From the human T2T-CHM13v2.0 reference genome, Homo sapiens: 64,000 nucleotides of DNA. Numbering within the stretch: position 1 is the stretch's first letter; each line of letters starts with the position of its first letter. Under the pieces are notes generated by a model. That model did no database searches. It saw nothing but the letters and a program-made list of their open reading frames with translations, and was not told the origin of the DNA. Made by a program: the position numbers and the translations under genes. The stretch lies in assembly GCF_009914755.1 (NCBI RefSeq), contig NC_060931.1; one strand, 5' to 3'. Below are positions 1-11,531 of the stretch, in pieces.

Positions 1-55
1 GTAAATTGCCCAGTCTTGGGTATGTCTTTATCAGCAGCATGGAAACACTAATACA
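1..55 (+). mobile_element. 3' end of the 5' LTR of a THE1 (MaLR) element, cut by the window edge
   Basis: GTAAATTGCCCAGTCTTGGGTATGTCTTTATCAGCAGCATGGAAACACTAATACA matches the THE1 LTR end and the end of the second LTR at 1922-1977. Confidence 0.92.
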
Positions 56-1626
56 GTAAATTGGTACCAGTAGAGTGGTGTGCTGCTGAAAAGATACCTG
101 AAAATGTTGAAGTGATTTTGGAACTCGGTAACAGGCAGAGGTTGAAACAGTTCAGAGGGCTCAGAAGAAGACAGGAAAATGTGAGAAAGTTTGGAACTTC
201 GTAGAGACTTGTTGAATGGCTTTGCTCAAAATGCTGATAGTGACATGGACAATAAACTCCAGGCTGAGGTGGTCTCAGATGGAAATGAGGAACTTGTTGG
301 GAACTGGAGCAAAGGTGACTCCTGTCACGTATTAGCAAATAGACTGTTGGCATTTTGCCCTCGCCGTAGAAATTTGCAGAACTTTGAACTTGAGAGAGAT
401 GATTTAGGGTATCTTGCAGAAGAAATTTCTAAGCAGCAAATCATCCAAGAGGTGACTTGGGTGCTGCTAAAGGTGTTCTGTTTTATAAGGGAAGCAGAGC
501 ATAAAAGTTCAGAAAATTTGCAGCCTGACAATGCAATAGAAAAGAAAATCTCATTTTCTAAGAAATTCAAGCCAGCTACAGAAATTACATAAGTAATGAA
601 AGCTGGAAGTTAATCCCCAAGACAAAGGGGAAAATGTTTCCAGGGCATGTCAGAGGTCTTCACAGCAGCGCCTCCCATCACAGGCCTGAAGGGCTAGATG
701 AAAAAGTGGTTTCATGGGCCGGGCCCAGGGTCCCCATGCTGTGTGCAGTCTAGAGACTTGCTGCCCTGTGTCCCAGCAGCTCTGGCTGTGGCTGAAAGGG
801 TCCAATGTAGAGCTCAGGCCATGACTTCAGAGGGTGCAAGTCCCAAGCCTTGGCAGCTTGCATGTGGTATTGAACCTGCAAGCATACAGAAGTCAAGAAT
901 GAAGGTTTGGGAACCTCCTCCTAGATTTCAGAGGATGTATGGGAACACCTGGATGCCTAGGCAGAAGTTTGCTGCAGGGGTGGGGCCCTCATGGAGAACC
1001 TCTGCTAGGGCAGTGCAGAAGGAAACTCTGGGGTCAGAGCCCCCACACAGAGTCCTTACTGCAACACTACCTAGTGGGGCTGTGAGAAGAGGGCCACCAT
1101 TCTACAGACACCGTAATGGTAGATCCGCTTGAATTTCTTGCACTGTGCACCTGGAAAAGCCACAGACACTAAACACCAGCTCATGAAAGAAGCCAGGAGG
1201 GAGGCTGTACCCCCTGCAGGGCCAGAGCTGCCCAAGACCATAGGAACCATCTCTTGCATCAGCGTGACCTGGATGTGAGACCTGGAGTCAAAAGAGATCA
1301 TTTTGGAACTTTAAGATTTGACTGTCCTGCTGGATTTCAGAATTGCCTAGGGCCTGTAGCCCCTTTGTTTCAGACCATTTCTCCCATTTGGAATGGCTGT
1401 GTTTACCCAATGCCTGTACTTTCACTGTATCTAGAAAGTAACCTGCTTTTGATTATACAGTCTCATAGGTGAAAAGGACTTGTCTTGTCTCAGATGAGAG
1501 TTTTGACTGTGGACTTTTGAGTTAATGCTAAAATGAATTAAGACTTTGGGGGACTGTTGGGAAGGTATGATTGGTTTTGAAATGTGAGGACAAGAATGTG
1601 AGATTTGGGAGAGGCCAGGTGTGGAA
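56..1626 (+). mobile_element. THE1-int (MaLR internal region) with a broken internal ORF
   Basis: Starts GTAAATTGGTACCAGTAGAGTGG directly after the LTR; ~1.57 kb long; ORFs 191-592 and 698-1132 are fragments of the MaLR internal ORF; purine-rich tract before the 3' LTR. Confidence 0.92.
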
Positions 1627-1977
1627 TGATATGGTTTGGCTGTGTCCCCATCCAAATCTCATCTTGAATTTCCATTTGTTGTGGGAGGGGCGCAGTGGGG
1701 GTTAATTGAATCATTGGGGCAAGTCTTTCCCATGCTGTTCTCATGATAGTGAATAAGTCTCATGAGATTTGTTTGTTTTAAAAAGAGGAGTCCCCCTGCA
1801 CAAGCTATCTCTCTGCTTGCTGCCGTCCATGTATGACATGACTTGCTCCTTGCTTTCTGCCATAATTGTGAGGCTTCCCCAGCCACATGGAACTGTAAGT
1901 CCAATTAAACTTCCTTCTTTTGTAAACTGCCCATTCCTGGATATGTCTTTATCAGCAGTGTAAAATGGACTAACACA
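1627..1977 (+). mobile_element. THE1 3' LTR (THE1A-like)
   Basis: TGATATGGTTTGGCTGTGTCCCC...GGACTAACACA, ~350 bp, TG...CA ends. Confidence 0.92.
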
Positions 1978-2879
1978 AAAATATAACAACGAAAGCTCCT
2001 CATCCTTAAGTAAATGAATTTCTCCGATGGTAAAAGCTCCTGTCCTTGAGTTTTACATTGTGGAAACTAATTAATCATATGTGAAACTGCAACAATCAGT
2101 CATCCACAAAATTGTAAAGAAAGAAAAATGTTTCAACTGTTTCTTCTCCATTGAATTGTTTGGGGCCAATCTGCCCTTGATGCCAATAACTTTGTTCCCA
2201 AGCTGGCCTTTCGTTCCACAAATTCCCAACTTTTCTCTGCGTTGACACATAGGTTTGGCACATCAATCTAGAATTCAGTTCTTTACTAATCTTTGAGATA
2301 GTGTAACAGCAGAATATATTTATCCCAGACAACAGAATTTACGGAAGGGGATTTGAGGTTCTAGGCACTCAGATAAGGTGGATGTTTCTGATAGTACTTT
2401 GAATCTTAAGAATGTTTTAAATAAAACTAACCTTCAATAAAGGAGTATATGATTTGTATGGTCCTTACAAATATGACAGTCTTAGGTTGCACACTTTGAT
2501 AGCTTAGAAAAGAATCATAATCTTAAATACAATACTTTTCAGGTGGTGCTTCAGATGTATGTGTATGGCTGCAGCACAGTGCAATGCCTGTCGTATTGTT
2601 GCTCTTAATACACAGTTGCTGTCTAAAAGAACAAGTCAAGAAATGAATGACTGAATAGCTCATGTAATGTGTAAGTTTGTGGCAGTTTTTACAGGTTTTT
2701 AGATAGTGCTTTATGTACTGCAGGATAGTCCTAAGCAAGTCTCTGATTTGGGTTAGCTTCCGAGGATTACATGATAAGAGAAATTTTAAATTGGGCCTAA
2801 AAACAAAAGCAAGATTTAAGTTTCAAATATTATAGACTTCTTTTTTGAGAATATTGGAACAACAACAACAACAAAATGA

Positions 2880-3160
2880 TAGCCTCTTATCAGAGACTCA
2901 AACACCTTCCAACTCACTATTCAACATTCTCTGGGCATGGGTTTGTTATTCTCAACCCAATACGATTGGTAGTGCTAGCTCTGGTTGTCACATGCAAGTT
3001 TCAGGCAACTATACAGAGAAAGGGTGTAGATAGGCACACCTTGGAAGAATTATACATTTCTACTTCCGTATCACTGAGCTGATATGACCACACTTAGCTG
3101 CAAGACAGGCTGGCTACTATGGTCTGGGTTAGCAGCAATGTGTTTAGCTACAGTTATCTT
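2880..3160 (-). mobile_element. Degraded old MaLR LTR (MLT1-type)
   Basis: ATGACCACACTTAGCTGCAAGACAGGCTGG resembles the MLT1 ...TAGCTGCAAGGGAGGCTGG motif; highly diverged. Confidence 0.4.
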
Positions 3161-4621
3161 TTAAGGAATAAAAGAAGAATAAAAATTTGGAAAGAGTATT
3201 TTTTGCCATAATTCTTACTCAAGCATAGATGGTTTCACCTTCTATTTATAGGTAAAATTTAAAAATGTAGCACATAGAAATAAATAGCATATTCTTCTGA
3301 ATAATTATATTACCTTTAGAAAGATGCAATGTTGTGTCAAGATGTCAATTGAGATTGCTAATTAATTATAGTCGTGTAACCAGGTGAAAACAAAAGATTA
3401 GAATTGAAATGTGTAAAATATTGGTATTATACCGTTATAGATGACATGTAATTTTTAAGATGTGCTAGATATTGTCTACTGACACTTGGAATCCATATTC
3501 TACTGTCTTCTATGTGCTTTGTTGTGTTGTAGAGATTAGAATGCTTAAAGCATAAGGCTAGATTTATCAGACTTCCTTATAATTAAGGTTCTGGGTACAA
3601 GTTTCATTGATCCAATTAGATATTGCTCACAATAGGTTGGAAAGCAGAAGTGAGGTGAACATATCTTCCTGCATTTGTAAAAAAATTTCGTTATATATAT
3701 TTGATGTATAAAGCATGATTTTTTAATGTACATATATATGAGAAATGACTACTAAAATCAAGCTAATTAACATCCATTTATTCACATAATTCCCTTTTTT
3801 ATTATTTTGTGGTAAGGGCACCTGAAATCTGTTCTATTGGCATATTTTCAAAATATAACATTGTTACTAACTATAGTCATCATACTGTAAATTAAACCTG
3901 TAGATTATTCATGCTACACTATGGAAACTTTGTAAGCTTTGACCAACATCTCCCCATCCTCACCCTTCTCTCTACTGGTGAATACCCTTATAATCTCTAT
4001 TACTATGTATTGAATTTTTAAAGACTCCACTTATAAGTGAGATCATGCACAACCTTTCTTTCTGTGTCTGGATTATTTCACTTAGCAAAATGTCATCTCG
4101 GATCATTCATATTGCTGCAAATGACAAAATCTCCTTTTAAAGCTGAATAATATTCCCTGTATGTATTTACCTCAATTTCTTTATTCATCTGTTGATGGAC
4201 ATTAGGGTTGTTTTCACAGCTTGCCTGTTGTGAAAAATGCTGCAGTAAACATGGGAGCATAGCTATTTCAATGCAATCCTGATTTCACTTCCTTTGATTA
4301 TATACTGAGAAGTAGGATATGTATGCGTCATATGATGGTTTTATTTTTAGTTTTTTGAGGAACCTCCATTTGTTTTTCATAATGCCCGTAACCAGTTTAC
4401 ACTCTCATCAACAGTGTACAAGGGTTTCCATTTCTCCATACTCTCACCAACACTAATCTTTTATATTGTTAAGAGCCATCCTAACAGGTGCAAAGTGAAA
4501 TCTCATTGTGCTCTTGATTCGTACTTCCCTGATTATTGATGACAAACAACTTTTCATTCACCCGGTGGCCAGTGTGTGCTTTCTTTTGGGAAATGGCTAT
4601 TCAGATCTTCTGCACATTTTT

Positions 4622-4721
4622 AGAGATTGGTATTAATTTAAGGGGTACTAGAGTGATTTTTGTTATGTGACTGTTTTGCATGGTTATGAAGTATAGGCTT
4701 TTAGTATAACCGTCACCCACA
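4622..4721 (-). mobile_element. Short 5'-truncated L1 3' end (L1PB/L1MA-like) inserted in the older L1
   Basis: ...GGGGTACTAGAGTGATTTTTGTTATGTG...GGCTTTTAGTATAACCGTCACCC; imperfect TSD TCTGCACATTTTT (4609-4621) / TTTGCCCATTTTT (4722-4734). Confidence 0.65.
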
Positions 4722-4811
4722 TTTGCCCATTTTTTAAACATGTTGATTATGTGATAATTTAGCTATTGAGTTGCACTTGTTTCTTTTATATTTTGGGTAT
4801 TAGCTTGTTAT

Positions 4812-6420
4812 TGTAACCGAGGAGCTTAGCTTCAAAATGCATGTTAAAACATTTTTTCTCTTTTCTCTCTTTTCTCAAGGTGTAACTTTACTAGATAAAT
4901 CATTTCATTTCTCTCCTTATTTTTAAAATATGGCCTTGAAATATACTTTCTTTGAAATACCACATCCTTCCCTTTCTCTTCGTACACCCCATTGTCCCAT
5001 GTACATTTTTCTAACTGTATGCTTTGTGTCTAGTTGTGACCTTATGTTCTGGTGGATAATCTTGAGATAAACCAGATGTGTAGACCCAAACGCAAAATTC
5101 AAGAGATTACCTTAAGGTGGTTAGTCTGCAACTTAGTCATTGTTAAGATGACACTAGTCCATGCTGAGAGCCACAAGAACAAGATTCATAGTCCTTGTAC
5201 CCAACAGCCTGCATGCCTCCCATTCCAAGTTCCCTGTTTTTTTTTCCTGTTTTAAATTATACTATAAGTTCTAGGGTATATGGGCACAACGTGCAGGTTT
5301 GTTACATATGTATACATGCGCCAAGTTCCTAGGGTACATGTGCACAACGTGCAGGTTTGTTACATATGTATACATGTGCCATGTTGGTATGCTGCACCCA
5401 TTAACTCGTTATTTACATTAGGTATATCTCCTAATGCTATCCCTCCCCACTTCCCGCCACCCCATGACAGGCCCCAGTGTGTGATATTCCCTTTCCTGTG
5501 TCCAAGTGTTCTCATTGTTCAGTTCCCACCTATAAGTGAGAATATGCGGTGTTTGGTTTCTTGTCCCTGTGATAGTTTGCTGGGAATGATGGTTTCCAGC
5601 TTCATCCATGTCCCTACAAAGGACATGAACTCATCCTTTTTTATGGCTGCATAGTATTCCATGGTGTATATGTGCCACATTTTCTTAATCCAGTCTATCA
5701 TTGATGGACATTTGGGTTGGTTCCAAGTCTTTGCTATTGTGAATGGTGCCGCAATAAACATACGTGTGCATGTGTCTTCATAGCAGCATGATTTATAATC
5801 CTTTGGGTATATACCCAGTAATGGGATGGCTGGGTCAAATGGTATTTCTAGTTCAAGATCCTTGAGGAATCGCCACACTGTCTTCTACAATGGTTGAACT
5901 AGTTTACAGTCCCACCAACAGTGTAAAAGTATTCCTATTTCTCCACATCCTCTCCAGCACCTGTTGTTTCCTGACTTTTTAATGATTGCCATTCTAACTG
6001 GTGTGATATGGTATCTCATTGTGGTTTTGATTTGCATTTCTCTGATGGCCATTTTTTCATGTATCTGTTGATGAGCATTTTTTCACGTATCTGTTGGCTG
6101 CATAAATGTCTTCTTTTGAGAAGTGTCTGTTCATATCCTTTGCCCACTTGATGGGGTTGTTTTTTTCTTGTAAGTTTGTTTGAGTTCTTTGTAGATTTTT
6201 GATATTAGCCCTCTGTCAGTTGAGTAGATTGCAAAAATCTTCTCCCAAGTTCCCTTTTTTATGCCCATCTCCCAGCATAGAGTTTGAAACAGTTTCTCTA
6301 GGTATGAGACTGGCTGTTTCCCCAATGGCAGCTTGGAATAAAACCACTTTCCTTTCACTGTATCTTGTGCTTCTTATTGGCTTTGCAAGAGGCAAGCAGC
6401 CAGGCCTACATTCAGTAACA
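4812..6420 (+). mobile_element. Solo ERV LTR (probably ERV1 class, subfamily not assigned), split by an L1PA insertion
   Basis: TGTAAC...GTAACA termini, AATAAA near 6337; the host L1 sequence resumes at 6421. Confidence 0.75.
5236..6244 (-). mobile_element. 5'-truncated L1PA (about L1PA4-6), ~1 kb
   Basis: ORF 5519-5878 encodes the ORF2p C-terminus (MWRFLKDLELEIPFDPAIPLLGIYP...); TSD CCAAGTTCCCT at 5225-5235 and 6245-6255. Confidence 0.93.
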
Positions 6421-7071
6421 TTAGATATATGATTTGCAAATATTTTCTCCCAATTTGTAGGCTGCTTTTTCACTTTTGTTAATTTTTTATTTCACTGTGC
6501 AGTCACTTTTTAAGTATGATACAGTCCTATATGTTTATTTTTGCTTTTGTTGCCTGAGGTTTTTGTGTGATATCGAAAATATAATTGCCAAGGCCAATGT
6601 CAAAGAATTTTTTCAATATGTTTTCTTCTGGGAGTTTTATGACTTCAGGTTTTATGGTTAAGTCTTGAATCCATTTTTAGCTGACTTTTATGCATATTAT
6701 TACATAATTTAATTTTGTACTTGTGCATAGCCAGTTTTCTCAACATCATTAATTTTCCCATTGTGCGTTATTGGTGTCTTTGTCAAAAATTAGTTGACCA
6801 CGTATGTGTGGGATTATTTCTGGGCTCTCTATCATGTTTTATTGGTGTTTGTGTCTGTTTTCATGCCAGTACCATGCTGTTTTAATTAATATATCTTTTT
6901 AACATAATTTGAAATCAGGAAATATGTTGCTTCCAACTTTGTTCTCCTTTCTCAAGATTGCTTTAGCCAATCTGGGTCTTTTGTAGTTTTATACAAATTA
7001 TAGAATTTTTTCAATTTCTGTTAAAAATGCCATTGATATTTTGATAGTGGTTGCATTGAATCTGTATATTC

Positions 7072-7507
<436 letters not shown>

Positions 7508-7920
7508 TTAAGGGTACAGGTCTTCCACTTCCTTGGTTAAAGCTATTATTTTTATTTTTTGAATACCTTAATATTTATTGAATTTTATTCTTTGTCATGC
7601 TGTAGTAAATAGGATTGTTTTCTTTATTTGCTTTTTGGATAGGTCATTATTGGTGTAAAATAATATAAGTAATTTTTTTGTTAATTTTGTATCCTGCATC
7701 ATTCCTGAATTTGTTTATTAGTTCTAACAGTTTGTGTGTTTGTGTATGTATAGAGTCTTTAAGGTTGTCTAGATATAGGATTATGTCTTCTGCAATCAAC
7801 GATACATTTACTTCTTCCTTTCCAAATTAAATGCATTTTATTTTTATTTTTTGTCCAATTGTTCTGCCTAGTTCTCTCAGTACTATATTGAAAAGAAGTT
7901 GTGAGAATAGGCATCCTTGT

Positions 7921-8205
7921 TTTTTTCTTTTCTGTTTATTTTTGAGACAGAGTCTCGCTCTGTCACCCAGTCCAGAGAGCAGTGCTGCAACCTCAGCTCC
8001 CTGCAACCTCCACCTCCCAGGCTCAAATGATGCTCTCGCCTCAGCCTCTGGAGTAGCTGAGATTACAGGCATGTACCATCCTGCCCACCTAATTTTCATA
8101 CTTTTAGTAAGGACAGGGTTTCATCATGTTGGCCAGGCTGGTCTCAAAATCCTGACTTCAAGTGATCTACCTGCCTCAGCCTCCCACAGTGCTGGGATTA
8201 CAGGC
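7921..8205 (-). mobile_element. Alu (AluS/J), slightly 5'-truncated
   Basis: Antisense dimer; GGCATCCTTGTTTT present on both sides. Confidence 0.93.
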
Positions 8206-8400
8206 ATCCTTGTTTTATTCTTAATTTTAGAAGAAAAGTTCGTTGTTTCTCCCATTGATTATGATGTTAGCTGTGGGCTTTTCATAAGTAGACTTATGTT
8301 GAGGAAGTTTCTTTCTATACTTATTTTGTTGAGAGATTTTGTCATGAACGAATGTTCAGCTTTTTCACATGCTTTTTCTGCATCTATTGAAACAATTTGT

Positions 8401-8722
8401 CCTTCTTTCCTTCCTTCCTTCTCTTCCTTCCTTTTTTCTTTCTTCAGGGTCTCACTCTATCACCCAGGCTGAAGTGCAGTGGCACAATCTTGGCAAACTG
8501 CAACCTCCACCTTTTGGGCTAAAGTGACATTACCACCTCAGCCTCCCTAGTAGCTGGGAATACGGACACATGCCACCATGCCTAGGTAATTTTTGTAATT
8601 TTTGTAGAGACAGGGTTTTACCCTGTTGCCCAGGCTGGTCTCAAATGCCGGGGCTCAAGCAATCCATCTGCATTGACATCCCAGAGTGCTGCAATTACAG
8701 ACATGAGCCACCATGCCTGGCC
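8401..8722 (-). mobile_element. AluJ with (CCTT)n-derived tail
   Basis: Antisense dimer with GGGCTCAAGCAATCC typical of AluJ. Confidence 0.92.
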
Positions 8723-9409
8723 TATCATGTGCTTTATATCCTTCATTCTGTTCATGTTGTGTAACAAATATATTGATTATGTATGTTAAATCAACTTTGT
8801 ATCCTAGGGATAAATCTTTCTTCCATTATAGTGTATTGTCTTTATGATGCATTAGTGGATTCGGTTTGCAAGAATTTTTGCATCTATATTTCTCATAAAC
8901 ACTGGCCTTAAGTTTTATTTTTTTTGTGTGTGGCGTCTTTATATGGCTTTAGTATCAGAATTTTGCTGGCCTTATATAACGAAGTATTAGACGGAGTTTG
9001 GAAGTATTTGGCCTTACATAAAAAAGTTTGGAAATATTCCCTTTTGCAATTTTTTGGAAGAGTTTAAGAAGGACTCCTATTAATTCTCCTTGAATTTTTG
9101 GTATAATTCAGCCATAAAGCCATCTGGTCATGGGTTTTTTGTTGAGAGGTTTTTGATTGCTACTACAAACTCCTAATTTGTGTTGATTCAGTCTTGGTAG
9201 GTTATACATGTCTAGGAATATCTTTCTTCTAGGTTACCCTTTTTTTGTGTATCATTGTTCATAACAATCTCATAATTTTTTCCCTGAGGCATCCATTATA
9301 TTATCTCTATTTCGTTTCTGATTTTGACAGTTCTCTATTTCTTAGTCTAGGCAAGGGCTTGTTGATTTTGTTTATATTCTCAAGAAATCAACTAAGTTTT
9401 GGTTTTTTT

Positions 9410-9950
9410 TCTTTTTTCTTATAATTTTAATTCCCAAATATTGTTTATTAAACATAATTGTATACATTTATGGGAAACATCGTGATGTTTTGCTATATGT
9501 ATACAATATGGAATGTTTAAATCAATCTAACAATCTACAACCTCGCTTACCTTTTTTAATGGTGATACATTTAAAATTTACTTTCTTAATTATTTTGAAA
9601 TATATGATTATTATTGACCCTAGTTACCCTGCTGTGCAGCAGATCAAAAAACTGATTACTACTTTTTTTCTGAAACTTTGTAACCATCAATCAATAATGC
9701 TCCTTTTCCTCTCTCTCCACTCCCACTCCAGCCTCTGGTAAGCATCATTGTACTTTCTACTTGACTGGCTTTAAGTTTATCAGATTCTACATGTAAGTGT
9801 GATTGTGCAGTATTTTTCTGGCTGTGCCTATCTTATTTCTCTTAGCATAATGTCCTCCAGGTATATGTATTTTGTATATATACCTCTCTTCATATGCATA
9901 GCTTACAAATATTTCATTTTGTGGGTTTTCTCTTCACTCTGGTGATTCTT
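9410..9950 (-). mobile_element. Second L1M 3' end nested in the large L1M
   Basis: T-rich tail then ATAATTGTATACATTTATGGG...TACATGTAAGTGTGATTGTGCAGTATTT L1 3' UTR motifs. Confidence 0.7.
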
Positions 9951-10241
9951 TTTGTTTTTTGAAATGGAGCCTCACTCTGTCACCCAGGCTGGAGTTCAGT
10001 GGCATGATCTCGGCTGACTGCAACCTCTGCCTCCTGGGTTCAAATGATTCTTCCACCTCAGCCTCCCGAGTAGCTGGAATTACAGGAAACCGCCATCATG
10101 CCAGGTTAATTTTTGTATTTTTGTAGAGACAGGATTTCACCATGTTGGCCAGGGTGGTCTTGAACTCCTGACTTCAGGTGATCTGCCTGCCTTGGCCTCC
10201 CAAAGTGCTAGGATTACACACGTGAGCCACCGCTCCTGGCC
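9950..10241 (-). mobile_element. Alu (AluSx-like)
   Basis: Antisense full dimer; no TSD visible. Confidence 0.95.
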
Positions 10242-11411
10242 TATTTTGTGAAACTTTTATAACTATTATTGTTTTAGTTACCAAGGAGCTTACATAAAAT
10301 GTATAATAGTTTTAGTGGTCTATTTTCAGCTGATAACTGCTTAAATTTACTTGCATACAAGAACTCTACACATGTTTTTTCTCCTCCTCTGACACATTAT
10401 ATTCTATCAATTTCCCAAATTATATCTACTTATATTAAGTATCCATTAACACAATTATTTATAACTGTTTTAATGCTTTGTCTCTTTTATAGTGGAATTA
10501 TAGTTGCTGAGAAAATTGTGACATTAGGTATGTGGTCAAACCCTTTATCCAGCACTGTTACAGTAGTATAGTATTTTCAATATTTGTATATATTTACCAA
10601 TGAGTTTCCTACCTTCTTAAGCTCTCCTAGTCCTTATTTATTATACTTTTGTTTCAAGTTGAAAAGTTCCATTTACATTTATTTTAAGTCAAGTCTAGTG
10701 GTGATAATTTTTCTTAGTTTTTTTTGTCAAAGAGATTATTTCTTTCCTTCATTTGTGAAGGACATGTTATCTGGATATAGTAGTTTCGTTGGCAGGTTTA
10801 TTTTCTGCAAGCACTTTGAATATATTATCTGTCTCCCTCCGGCCTATAAAGTTTCTGCTGAAAAATCTGCTGACAGTCTTATAGAAATTCTCTTATATAT
10901 AACAAATCTCTTTTTCTCTTGCTGCTTCCAAAAATCTCTCTTTGGCTCTAACTTTTAACAATTTTATTATAATGTATCTTAATATGGGTCTTTTGGGATT
11001 CATTTCATTCATGTTCTATGACTTCCTGAATCTGAATATTTCCCCCTAGCTTGGAAAGTTTCCAGCTGTTACTTATTTGAATAACTTTTTGGCTCCTTTC
11101 TGTCTCACTCTTCTTCTTTGCTCCCATAATGTGTATATTGGTCTGCTTGGTGATCTTTAAGTTTCTTAAGCTACCTTCACTTTTTTCTTTTTTGTTGTTG
11201 TTGTATCTAATTGTATGATTTCCAATGACCTATCTTTGAGTTCTTTGTTCTACTTGATATACTCTGCTGTTGAACACCTCCGTTTAATTTTTTAGTTTGG
11301 CTATTGTATTCTTCAGTTCTATGATTTCTGTGTGGCCCATTTTGTATTTTCTTTGTCTTTCTTCAAAAACTCACATTTTTCATATATTGTTCTCCTGATC
11401 TCAGTGAGCAC

Positions 11412-11531
11412 TTTTTTTTTTTGAGAGTCTCATTGTCACCCAGGCTATAATGCAGTAGCACAATCATGACTCACTGCAGCCTCAAGCTCCTAGGATCAAG
11501 CAATCCTCCCACCTCATCCTCCTGAGTACTC
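11412..11531 (-). mobile_element. Truncated Alu right arm/FRAM-like fragment
   Basis: PolyT + GAGAGTCTCATTGTCACCCAGGCT...CAAGCAATCCTCCCACCTC. Confidence 0.85.

Noticed and set aside
191-1132. 133 aa and 144 aa ORFs as a host gene
   Set aside because: They lie inside THE1-int and are broken remnants of the MaLR ORF
7831-8472. Longest ORF in the track (213 aa)
   Set aside because: Chance read-through of antisense L1 and antisense Alu; contains typical Alu-derived peptide ([10 protein letters not shown])
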